NCBI GenBank assembly: GCA_900550385.1
Contig: URRZ01000001.1
Location: 15,049-79,048, forward strand
DNA length: 64,000 bases
Source: an uncultured Coriobacteriaceae bacterium
GTDB lineage: Bacteria > Actinomycetota > Coriobacteriia > Coriobacteriales > Eggerthellaceae
Reading direction: 5' to 3'
Part shown: piece by piece, positions 56,133 through 64,000 of the stretch
Layout: each line of letters begins with the position of its first letter
How positions within the stretch are numbered: the stretch's first letter is position 1
Made by a program: the position numbers and the translations under genes
The notes under the pieces: generated by a model
What the model was told of the DNA's origin: nothing
Seen by the model: the letters and a program-made list of their open reading frames with translations, nothing else
Databases searched by the model: none

Positions 56133-57005
56133 ATGTTACCCATGGCTAATTTTAATGGACAGGTTATCGGAGCACAAGCGGAGGGCATGCTGGCAGAACC
56201 GGACGGTTGCCGCAGCTCGTTGCGCGCCGCGGCGTCAGAAGGGCGAACGCTCGGCAAGGCTTGCTCCACACGCGTGACGGTAGCGGACGCCAGGGGCGCG
56301 CTGCCGTCACGGCGGCTCGATCCGCGCGTGTCGATCGCCATCCTCGTCCTCATCAACGCCACGGCGTTCGCGCCGCGGCTCGTTATCGGGCAGATCGCGA
56401 TGGTGGCTCTGTGCGCTGCGGTGGCGATATGGTGCGGACGTGCCGTATCGGCGGCGAAGTGGTGCGCCGCTTACGCCGTCGTCATGGCTGCGGGATATGC
56501 GTTTCTCCTGTTTCCGAATGCCGCTGCCGCGTCGTTCGCGACGATGATCGTGATGGTTCGCTGCGTGTTCTGCGTCGGGATGTTCGCCTCTACGATGATC
56601 GCGACGACGCGCGTGGGGGAGCTTGCCTGTGCGCTCCAGCGCGTGCATCTGCCGCGCCATGGGATCATCGCAGTGTGCGTCGCGCTTCGCTTTTTCCCGA
56701 CGATGGCGGGCGAGTTCCGCGCGGTCGTCGAGGCACTGCGCGTGCGGGGCATGGCGATCACGCCGAAATCGATCGTCACGCAGCCGGTGCGCGTCATGGA
56801 GAACCTGCTCGTGCCTGTCATGAGCCGGCTGTCGATCGTCGCCGACGAGCTGTCGAACGCCGCGGTCGTGCGCGGCATGGATTCTGCCCGTCCGCGCACG
56901 TCGTATTACGACTTGCGCCTGCGGACGGCCGACATCGTGTTCCTGGCGCTGTTCGCGGCAACGGCGGCGATGCTGCTCCTCTCGAAATTCGGGATGATCG
57001 CATGA
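56133..57005 (+). CDS. ECF transporter transmembrane (T) component, CbiQ/EcfT-like. The start is uncertain (56133, 56142 or 56187).
   Basis: It is polytopic and carries the conserved ..ALRVRGM.. / ..AVVRGMDS.. Arg-containing coupling helices. Confidence 0.75.
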   Translation: MLPMANFNGQVIGAQAEGMLAEPDGCRSSLRAAASEGRTLGKACSTRVTVADARGALPSRRLDPRVSIAILVLINATAFAPRLVIGQIAMVALCAAVAIWCGRAVSAAKWCAAYAVVMAAGYAFLLFPNAAAASFATMIVMVRCVFCVGMFASTMIATTRVGELACALQRVHLPRHGIIAVCVALRFFPTMAGEFRAVVEALRVRGMAITPKSIVTQPVRVMENLLVPVMSRLSIVADELSNAAVVRGMDSARPRTSYYDLRLRTADIVFLALFAATAAMLLLSKFGMIA

Positions 57006-58567
57006 GCGCGTCCGACATCGCGATCGAGTTTCGGGAAGCGGGGTTCTCCTATGCGTCCACGGCGGGCGCCGCATCGGTGCACGGCGTGTCGTTCGCGCAG
57101 CGCGAGGGCGAATGCGTTGTCGTGACGGGTCCGTCCGGTTGCGGCAAGACGACGCTTGCGCGCATGGCGAACGGGCTTATTCCCGCTGTGTACGCGGGCG
57201 AGGCGGAAGGCGAGGTGCGCGTGTTCGGCCGCGCGGTCGCCGATTGGGAAATGGACGATCTGTCGTGCGCGGTGGGCAGCGTGTTCCAGAACCCGCGCAG
57301 CCAGTTCTTCAACCTCGACACCACCTCCGAGATCGCCTTCGGCTGCGAGAACATGGGCGTCCCCCGCGACGAGATCGCCCGCCGCATCGCCTCGACGACG
57401 TGTGCGCTGGGCATCGATCACTTGCTCGAACGCGACATCCGAGCGCTTTCGGGCGGGGAAAAACAGCTCGTCGCCGTCGCCTCGGTTCATGCGATGAAGC
57501 CGTCTGCGTTCGTGCTCGACGAACCCACCGCCGCGCTCGACGTGCGCGCGATGCTGCGCCTGCGCGACGTGGTCGCGCGGCTCAAGGCAGCGGGCAAGAC
57601 GGTTCTTATCGCCGAGCATCGCCTGTGGTGGCTGCGGGGAGTGGCGGACCGTATCGTGCTCATGCGCGATGGAACGGTCACGACGGAGATGAGCGCCGAT
57701 GCGTTTGCGCAGATGCCTGCAGAGGCGCGTGAACGGCTCGGGCTGCGCGCGTGGGATATCGAGCAGGTGGAGCCGCGCGCGGCGGGTGCGGCGCGCGAGA
57801 AACCGCAAGGCCGTGCCGAGGGCGCGTCGGCGCTCATCGTGCGCGGGCTCAAGGTTCGCTACGGCAGAAGCGGCCCTTTCGTCGTGAACGACTGCGATTT
57901 CGATGCTGCCGCGGGGCGAGCGGTGGCGCTTGTCGGGCGAAACGGAGCGGGAAAGACGACGTTCGCACGCTGCCTCGCGGGCCTTCATGCGGAGGCGGCG
58001 GGCGAGATCCGCATCGAGGGCGAGGCGCTCGGGCCGCGCAAGCGCGCGGGTCGCGTGTTTCTCGGCATGCAGGAGAGCGGCTACCAGCTGTTCAGCGACA
58101 CGGTCGAAGGCGAGCTGCGCCTCGCGCTCGATGCGCGTCGAGTGCGCAAGGCGCCGGCGGCAGGAGGCGAAGGACTCGACGACGCTCGGGAGTCGGAGAC
58201 CGCCCTCATCGATGCCGCGCTTGCGAACTTCGGTCTCGAAGAACTGCGCGACCGGCATCCGCTTTCCCTTTCAGGAGGCCAGCGCCAGCGCCTCGCCATC
58301 GCCGCCGGGTCGCTGCAAGGGTCGCGCGTGCTCGTGCTCGACGAGCCGACGAGCGGGCTCGACCTTGCGAACATGGAGCGCATCGCCGCCGAGATCGACC
58401 GGCTCAAGGCGGCGGGGTACTGCATCGTCGTCATCACGCACGACTTCGAGTTCGCGTGCGCCACGTGCGACGAGATAGCCCATTTCGAGAACGGCCGCAT
58501 CGCGGAACGATTCGACCTCGTGCCGTCGACCGTGCCTCGGGCGCGAACGCTGTTCGGATTCGACTGA
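57002..58567 (+). CDS. ECF transporter ATPase with two fused ABC domains
   Basis: Two Walker A motifs are present (GPSGCGKTT, GRNGAGKTT), along with two signature motifs (LSGGEKQ, LSGGQRQ). Its ATG overlaps the upstream stop in an ATGA arrangement. Confidence 0.9.
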   Translation: MSASDIAIEFREAGFSYASTAGAASVHGVSFAQREGECVVVTGPSGCGKTTLARMANGLIPAVYAGEAEGEVRVFGRAVADWEMDDLSCAVGSVFQNPRSQFFNLDTTSEIAFGCENMGVPRDEIARRIASTTCALGIDHLLERDIRALSGGEKQLVAVASVHAMKPSAFVLDEPTAALDVRAMLRLRDVVARLKAAGKTVLIAEHRLWWLRGVADRIVLMRDGTVTTEMSADAFAQMPAEARERLGLRAWDIEQVEPRAAGAAREKPQGRAEGASALIVRGLKVRYGRSGPFVVNDCDFDAAAGRAVALVGRNGAGKTTFARCLAGLHAEAAGEIRIEGEALGPRKRAGRVFLGMQESGYQLFSDTVEGELRLALDARRVRKAPAAGGEGLDDARESETALIDAALANFGLEELRDRHPLSLSGGQRQRLAIAAGSLQGSRVLVLDEPTSGLDLANMERIAAEIDRLKAAGYCIVVITHDFEFACATCDEIAHFENGRIAERFDLVPSTVPRARTLFGFD

Positions 58568-58666
58568 TCGCGCAGTGCGGACGCGGGCGCGCATCGTCGT
58601 GCGACGCAAAGGTGCATCGCTTTGGACTTTTCGGTATCAACTGCCTCACGAAAGGAGACGTTTCAC

Positions 58667-59275
58667 ATGGTAACGGCGGCATCGGCCCAGGGGAGCGCGA
58701 AGCTCCAGGGCAAGGACTTCATCTTCATCGCGATCTTCGGGCTTCTGCTCTTCATCGTGTTCTTCGCGTTCGCGATGGTTCTCGGCATGAACGCGAACAC
58801 GTTCTGGTTCACGCACGCCATCGGCGCGATCCCGGGCGGCATCGTGTGGATGTACCTCGCCGCGCGCGTGCCGAAGCCGGGCGCGACGATCGTCATGTCG
58901 GTCATCGTGGCGGTCGTGGGCCTTCTGCTTGGCATGTTCTGGACGGGGCCGGTGGGCATCGTCGTGGGCGGCGCGCTGGCGGAGATCGTCATGGCGGCAG
59001 GCAAACGGTCGAAAGTTGCGGTCATCGCGGCGTTCGCCGTGTGGACGCTCTCCTTCTGGATCGGCCAGGAGTCGATGGTGTTTCTCGCGGGCGGTTCCTA
59101 CGTCGACATGGTGGTCCAGTCGGGCATGAGCCGCGAGTACGGCGAGACGCTCGTCGGGTTCATGCAAAGCCCCCTCATCGTCGTCGCGGGCGTTCTGTGT
59201 GCCGTCGGCCCTATCGTCGGCGGTCTTCTCGGGTCGAAGATCTTCAACAAGCACTTCGCACGCATCGCTGCATAA
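58667..59275 (+). CDS. Putative ECF S-component of the MptD/Trep_Strep type
   Basis: It is about 200 aa, strongly hydrophobic with six TM segments, and has a basic C-terminal motif (GSKIFNKHFARI). It sits next to the ECF T and A-A genes. Confidence 0.65.
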   Translation: MVTAASAQGSAKLQGKDFIFIAIFGLLLFIVFFAFAMVLGMNANTFWFTHAIGAIPGGIVWMYLAARVPKPGATIVMSVIVAVVGLLLGMFWTGPVGIVVGGALAEIVMAAGKRSKVAVIAAFAVWTLSFWIGQESMVFLAGGSYVDMVVQSGMSREYGETLVGFMQSPLIVVAGVLCAVGPIVGGLLGSKIFNKHFARIAA

Positions 59276-59293
59276 CAGGTCGCTTTTCTCTTC

Positions 59294-59333
59294 AAGCTGC
59301 CGCTTCGGTTTCGGGGCGGCAGCTTCTTTTTTC
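59294..59333 (+). terminator. Rho-independent terminator after the S-component gene
   Basis: The hairpin AAGCTGCCGC-loop-GCGGCAGCTT is followed by CTTTTTTC. Confidence 0.8.
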
Positions 59334-59433
59334 TGCGTAATCGTTCATATGCATCGTTGTTGGATGATTTTTCCGATGAATCGCTACATTGTTATCCAAA
59401 TATAACATTCAACGAGAAACGGAGAGATGCGGA

Positions 59434-61284
59434 ATGGAAGGAAGGCGAGATCAGCGCGCGTCGAAGAATCGGCAGCGCAACCCCATCATGCGGCTGCTCG
59501 ATTTCGCGGGCGGGTATAAAAAGCTCACGATCCTCGGCTGCGTGCTGTCGGGCGTGAACGCGCTGTGCGCTATCGCGATGCTCGTGTGCGTGTGGTTCGT
59601 GCTGCGAGATCTCATCGCGGTGGCGCCCGACTGGTCGGCGGCGCCGAATGCGACAGGCTACGGCATCGCGGCGTTCGCGTTCGCGCTTGCTGGGCTCGTC
59701 ATCTACTTCGCGGCGCTCATGTGCACGCATCTTGCGGCGTTCCGCACGGCGACGAACATGCGCGCCGCCGCGCTCGAGCACCTCTCCCGTGTGCCGCTCG
59801 GATACTTCGACGCGCACGCGACCGGCGAGCTGCGCCGCGTCATCGAGGGAGCGACCGGGCTTACCGAGGGCGTGCTCGCGCATCGTTTCCCCGATTTCGT
59901 GGGCGCGCTCGTCACGCCTGTGGCGTACCTCGTCGTCATGGTCGCCGTCGACTGGGTACTGGGTCTGCTCTGCCTCGTGCCCGTTGCCGTGTCCGCCGCG
60001 TGCATGTTCTGGATGATGGCCGGAGGCGGCGGCGACGAGAACACCAACATGATGACGTTCATGAAGAACTACCAAGACGCGCTCGACCGCATGAACAAAG
60101 CGGCGGTCGAATACGTCCGCGGCATCCCCGTCGTGAAGGTGTTCCAGCAGACGGTGCGGTCGTTTTCCACCTTCCGCGAGTCGATTCGGGCATATCGGGA
60201 GTTCGCGAGCGCCTACGTGCGCCTCTGCACGCCGCCTCAGGTGGCGCAGCTCGTGGCGATCAACTCCACGTTCGCCGTGCTCGTGCCGGCGGGCATCCTG
60301 CTCGCGCAGAACGCGGGCGATTTCGCGGCGTTTCTTTCCGACTACCTGTTCTACGTCGTCTTCTCCGCTCTCACGACCATGATGATGACGAGGGTGATGT
60401 ACGCCTCGCAGGCGCTTACCGAGGCGCAGGACGCCGTCATGCGCATCGAGCGCATCCTCGATGCGCCCGTCATGGCGGACGCGGATCCTGCGCGCGCCAC
60501 GGATCCTGCAGACGACTCGATCGAGTTCGACCGCGTGACCTTTTCCTATCCCGGAACCGACCGCCCGGCGCTCGAGAACGTGTCGTTGCGCGTGCCCGCA
60601 GGCGCCACGGTGGCGCTCGTGGGACCGAGCGGCAGCGGCAAGACGACGGCGGCGAGCCTGGTGCCGAGGTTCTGGGACGCGTGCGAAGGCGCCGTGCGGA
60701 TCGGCGGTGTCGACGTGCGCGACATCCCGCTTTCCAGCCTCATGGATCGCGTGGCGTTCGTGTTCCAGAACGACCGGCTGTTCAAGCAGAGCCTTGCCGA
60801 CAACATCCGCGCCGCCCGGCTCGACGCGACGCGCGAGGAGGTGGAGGCGGCGATGCGCGCCGCCCGATGCGACGACATCGTCGCGAAGTTCCCCGACGGG
60901 CTCGATACCGTAGCGGGTGCGCGCGGCGTCTACCTCTCCGGAGGCGAGTGCCAGCGCATCGCGCTTGCCCGGGCGATCCTCAAAGACGCCCCGATCGTCG
61001 TGCTCGACGAAGCGACGGCGTTCGCCGATCCGGAAAACGAAGCCCTCATCCAAAAGGCGCTCGCCGTGCTCGCGAAGGGCAAGACGGTGCTCATGGTGGC
61101 CCATCGGCTCTCGACGGTGGTGGATGCCGACATGATCTGCGTGCTCGACGAGGGGAGAATCGTCGAGCAAGGCGCGCACGCCGAGCTCGTGGCGGCGGGA
61201 GGCCTCTACGCGAAGATGTGGGACGATTACCGCACGAGCGTTTCGTGGCGGATTGCCGGAAAGGGGGCCGGCCATGCTGCGTAG
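59434..61284 (+). CDS. ABC transporter, fused permease/ATP-binding protein (exporter fold), half 1
   Basis: It has a six-TM domain, then GPSGSGKTT, LSGGECQRIALARA and VVLDEATA. There is no N-terminal C39 peptidase domain. Confidence 0.88.
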   Translation: MEGRRDQRASKNRQRNPIMRLLDFAGGYKKLTILGCVLSGVNALCAIAMLVCVWFVLRDLIAVAPDWSAAPNATGYGIAAFAFALAGLVIYFAALMCTHLAAFRTATNMRAAALEHLSRVPLGYFDAHATGELRRVIEGATGLTEGVLAHRFPDFVGALVTPVAYLVVMVAVDWVLGLLCLVPVAVSAACMFWMMAGGGGDENTNMMTFMKNYQDALDRMNKAAVEYVRGIPVVKVFQQTVRSFSTFRESIRAYREFASAYVRLCTPPQVAQLVAINSTFAVLVPAGILLAQNAGDFAAFLSDYLFYVVFSALTTMMMTRVMYASQALTEAQDAVMRIERILDAPVMADADPARATDPADDSIEFDRVTFSYPGTDRPALENVSLRVPAGATVALVGPSGSGKTTAASLVPRFWDACEGAVRIGGVDVRDIPLSSLMDRVAFVFQNDRLFKQSLADNIRAARLDATREEVEAAMRAARCDDIVAKFPDGLDTVAGARGVYLSGGECQRIALARAILKDAPIVVLDEATAFADPENEALIQKALAVLAKGKTVLMVAHRLSTVVDADMICVLDEGRIVEQGAHAELVAAGGLYAKMWDDYRTSVSWRIAGKGAGHAA

Positions 61285-63007
61285 CGCGCTCGGACTCACC
61301 GATCAGGGGTGGCGCACCTTCAAGCGGGGCGTGCTCTTCTGCGCGATCTCGAACCTCGTGCTCATGGCGCCGATGTGCATCCTGTTCCTGCTCGTGCGCG
61401 ATTTCATGGCCCACCTCGAAGCGGGGGCGCCGCTGCCGGCGCTTTGGCCGTACCTCGTCGCGGTCGTCGTCGTGCTCGCGCTCATCGCAGTGACGCAGCT
61501 GCTCGAATACCGCAACACCTACGGCCCCGTGTACGAGGAAAGCGCCCGCAAGCGCGAAGGCATCGCCGAGCGTTTGCGGCTGCTCCCGCTGTCGTTTTTC
61601 GGCACACGCGATCTGTCCGATCTCACGAACACCATCATGAAGGACTGCGCGGACCAGGAGCGGCTGTTCATGCACGTGGTGCCGCAGCTGTTCGGCACGG
61701 GCGTATCGAGCGCTGTCATCATCGTCGGCGTGATCGCTTTCGATTGGCGGCTCGGGCTCGCGGCGTTCTGGCCGCTGCCGGTCGCGGTGGCGATCATGGC
61801 GGTGACGAGCGGCTATTCCAACCGCAGGATCAAAGCGAAGGAAGCGCGCCGCCTCGAAATGATCGACGGCGTACAGGAATATCTCGACTGCGCGCGCGAG
61901 ATCCGCGCGACGAACCGCGCAGGTGCGTTTCTCGGGGAACTGCGCGGAAGGCTCGGCGCGTTCGAGCGGGCGCAGGTGGCGTCCGAGCTCGCCACGGGCG
62001 TGACGATCTCGTCCGGGCAGGCGTTCCTCAAGCTCGGCATCGCCACGACCATCCTTGCGGGGGCGGCGCTCATCGTGTCGGGCGGTGTGGATTTCCTCAC
62101 GTACTTTGTATTCCTCCTCATCGTCACGCGCGTGTACGACCCCATCAACGTCGTGCTACAGTCGAGCGCAGAGCTCATGGAGATGCGCCATTCGATCCGC
62201 CGCACGAACGCGCTTGCGGCCGAGTGTCCCATGACGGGATCGAAGGACTTTCGCCCGCAAGGCCATGATGTGGCGTTTCGCGATGTGTCGTTCTCCTACG
62301 GAGGCACCGACGAGGCGGTGCTTGCTAATGTGACGTTCACGGCGCGCGAGGGCGAGGTCACGGCGCTCGTAGGGCCGTCCGGTTCGGGTAAGTCGACGTG
62401 CGCGAAGCTCGCCTGCCGTTTCTGGGATGCTGACGCGGGGTGTGTGACCGTGGGCGGCGTGGACGTAGCGACGGTGGACCCCGAGGTGCTGCTTGCCGAT
62501 TTCGCACAGGTCTTCCAAGACGTCGTGCTTTTCGACGAAACGATCATGGACAACATCTGGATCGGCCGCGAGGGCGCCACCGACGAGGACGTGCTTGCCG
62601 CCGCGCATGCTGCGAACTGCGACGGGTTCGTGAGCCTTCTGCCGGAAGGCTACACCACGAAGATCGGCGAGAACGGGGCGCGCCTCTCGGGTGGCGAGCG
62701 CCAGCGCATCTCGATCGCCCGGGCGCTTCTGAAGGACGCGCCGATCGTCGTGCTCGACGAGGCGACGGCCTCTCTCGACGTGGAGAACGAGACGGAGGTG
62801 CAGCAGGCGCTCTCGAGGCTTCTCGCCGGCAAGACGGTCATCGTGATCGCGCACCGCATGCGCACGGTCATGGGCGCCGACCACGTGGTCGTGCTCGAGG
62901 AGGGTCGCGTGGCCGAGCAGGGCAGCCCGCAAGAGCTCATGGCGGCCGGCGGCCTGTTCGAACGAATGGTTCGCTTACAGACTGAAAGCGCGGAGTGGAC
63001 GCTGTGA
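61274..63007 (+). CDS. ABC transporter, fused permease/ATP-binding protein, half 2 (heterodimer partner)
   Basis: It has GPSGSGKST, LSGGERQRISIARA and VVLDEATA. It overlaps the upstream gene by 11 nt. Confidence 0.88.
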   Translation: MLRSALGLTDQGWRTFKRGVLFCAISNLVLMAPMCILFLLVRDFMAHLEAGAPLPALWPYLVAVVVVLALIAVTQLLEYRNTYGPVYEESARKREGIAERLRLLPLSFFGTRDLSDLTNTIMKDCADQERLFMHVVPQLFGTGVSSAVIIVGVIAFDWRLGLAAFWPLPVAVAIMAVTSGYSNRRIKAKEARRLEMIDGVQEYLDCAREIRATNRAGAFLGELRGRLGAFERAQVASELATGVTISSGQAFLKLGIATTILAGAALIVSGGVDFLTYFVFLLIVTRVYDPINVVLQSSAELMEMRHSIRRTNALAAECPMTGSKDFRPQGHDVAFRDVSFSYGGTDEAVLANVTFTAREGEVTALVGPSGSGKSTCAKLACRFWDADAGCVTVGGVDVATVDPEVLLADFAQVFQDVVLFDETIMDNIWIGREGATDEDVLAAAHAANCDGFVSLLPEGYTTKIGENGARLSGGERQRISIARALLKDAPIVVLDEATASLDVENETEVQQALSRLLAGKTVIVIAHRMRTVMGADHVVVLEEGRVAEQGSPQELMAAGGLFERMVRLQTESAEWTL

Positions 63008-63086
63008 GGTCGCCGCGGCTCTCCGCGTTCCGGGCTCCCGTCGCGAGCGCCCATGCGAAAAGCGCGGTGCGTTTGAATCCTCGCCG

Positions 63087-64000
63087 CTATAATGCCTGGT
63101 CTGTGCTGCCGTGCGCACCTGCGTTATTCGTTTGACCTCGGCGCTTCCATGAGAGCAGCAGCGCCGAATTGATGATCACGACGACCGAGCCGGCGTTGTG
63201 GACGAGCGCTCCGACAACCGGTCCCATGATACCCGTCATCGCAAGGACGATCGCGACGAAGTTGAGCGTCATCGAGAAGGTGAGGTTGAGCCTGATCGTC
63301 GTGAGCATGCGTTTCGAAAGCGCGAGCAAGTGCGGCAGCGACGCGATGTCGTCGCGGACGAGGGCGATGTCGGCGGCGTCGACGGCGATGTCGCTTCCCG
63401 TCTGCCCCATCGCGATGCCCACCGTCGCTCGTTTGAGGGCGGGAGCATCGTTGACTCCGTCGCCCACCATGCAGACGGGCTGTCCCGACATCTCGTAATC
63501 CTCGATGGCGAGTAGCTTGTCTTCGGGCAGGCAGTCTGAGCGCACCTCCTCTATGCCCGCCGTCTTTGCAATGTGCTTCGCCGCTTGGGCGTGATCTCCG
63601 GTGAGCAGAACCGGATCGAACGAGATCTCCTTGATCGATCGGATGGCTGCCTGCGCCGTCGGGCGGACCGTGTCGGCGAGCGCGACGAACCCGGCGCATG
63701 TGCCCTCGATCGCCACGAGCACGACGGTGCATCCTTCGTCGACGTGCCGTTGCGCGGCTTGATTCGCGCTGTCTGCTCCGTGCGCGCCGATCTCGAGCAT
63801 CATTTCCAAATTGCCCGCTGCGATGCGCCTGCCATCGACTATGGCGGCCACTCCGCGCCCGGGCGTCATCTCGAACCCGCTGACGGAGGGCGGCGCGGAG
63901 CCGTTTTCCTGCTCCTGCGCGCGATGCGCGATCGCCTTGCCGAGCGGATGCTCCGAAAGCCGCTCCGCCGCACCGACGAGCCTGATCAGCTCGTCTGCGC
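63087..64000 (-). CDS. P1B-type heavy-metal-translocating P-type ATPase. Only the C-terminal part is present, and the gene continues past the window end.
   Basis: It has the hinge motif VGDGVNDAPAL, the nucleotide-domain motif SEHPLGKAI (in frame upstream of the ORF-track start), and terminal TM helices. Confidence 0.88.
   Translation of the reverse strand, partial: ADELIRLVGAAERLSEHPLGKAIAHRAQEQENGSAPPSVSGFEMTPGRGVAAIVDGRRIAAGNLEMMLEIGAHGADSANQAAQRHVDEGCTVVLVAIEGTCAGFVALADTVRPTAQAAIRSIKEISFDPVLLTGDHAQAAKHIAKTAGIEEVRSDCLPEDKLLAIEDYEMSGQPVCMVGDGVNDAPALKRATVGIAMGQTGSDIAVDAADIALVRDDIASLPHLLALSKRMLTTIRLNLTFSMTLNFVAIVLAMTGIMGPVVGALVHNAGSVVVIINSALLLSWKRRGQTNNAGAHGSTDQAL

Noticed and set aside
59434-63007. 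The two ABC exporter-fold genes as the dedicated processing exporter (PCAT) for the GG-leader peptides
   Set aside because: Neither protein has an N-terminal C39 cysteine-peptidase domain, since both begin directly with the TM domain. They lie 8 kb away behind an unrelated ECF operon and its terminator. A link cannot be excluded, but the sequence does not support one.
1-64000. CRISPR arrays, IS elements or transposases, integrases, prophage genes, rRNA genes
   Set aside because: No direct-repeat/spacer array, no transposase- or integrase-like translation in any frame of the ORF track, and no rRNA-like sequence were recognised. Only one tRNA and one SRP RNA were found.

Overview
This is a high-GC chromosomal window. 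The gene content and sequence style look like Actinomycetota, probably an Eggerthellaceae-like Coriobacteriia, but that placement is inference only. About 85% of it is ordinary, well-supported housekeeping: thrC, def, feoA-feoA-feoB plus a DtxR-type regulator, ftsB-like, ppx, tRNA-Leu, a polyprenyl synthase, leuCD/leuB, hisS, aspS, SRP RNA, dedA, dnaX-ybaB-recR, mobB-mobA, aldehyde and alcohol dehydrogenases, and trmB. No CRISPR array, transposase or prophage gene was recognised. Many long ORFs in the six-frame track are Arg/Gly/Ala/His-rich antisense shadows of real genes and were rejected.

The most unusual locus is at 50.7-51.7 kb. Three tandem small genes each have a strong Shine-Dalgarno site. 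Each encodes an N-terminal double-glycine (class II bacteriocin/RiPP-type) leader followed by a CxxC-N17-21-CxxC zinc-ribbon-like core. No C39-peptidase ABC exporter, modification enzyme or immunity gene is recognisable nearby. They sit next to a lipoprotein-anchored CDA-fold deaminase and an AT-rich promoter island.

Two structured non-coding repeat families also stand out. The first is a fixed-geometry inverted repeat, CGTGCAT-N41-ATGCACG, with six copies in two loci. The second is an A-tract/T-tract palindrome, GAAAAAGGGAC-AGTC-GCTTTTTC, with at least eight copies.

Other notes: two probable frameshifted genes, a leu operon split by tandem paralogous polytopic membrane proteins, a 987-aa orphan protein coupled to a PadR regulator, and an mpt-like AraC/ECF/ABC cluster.
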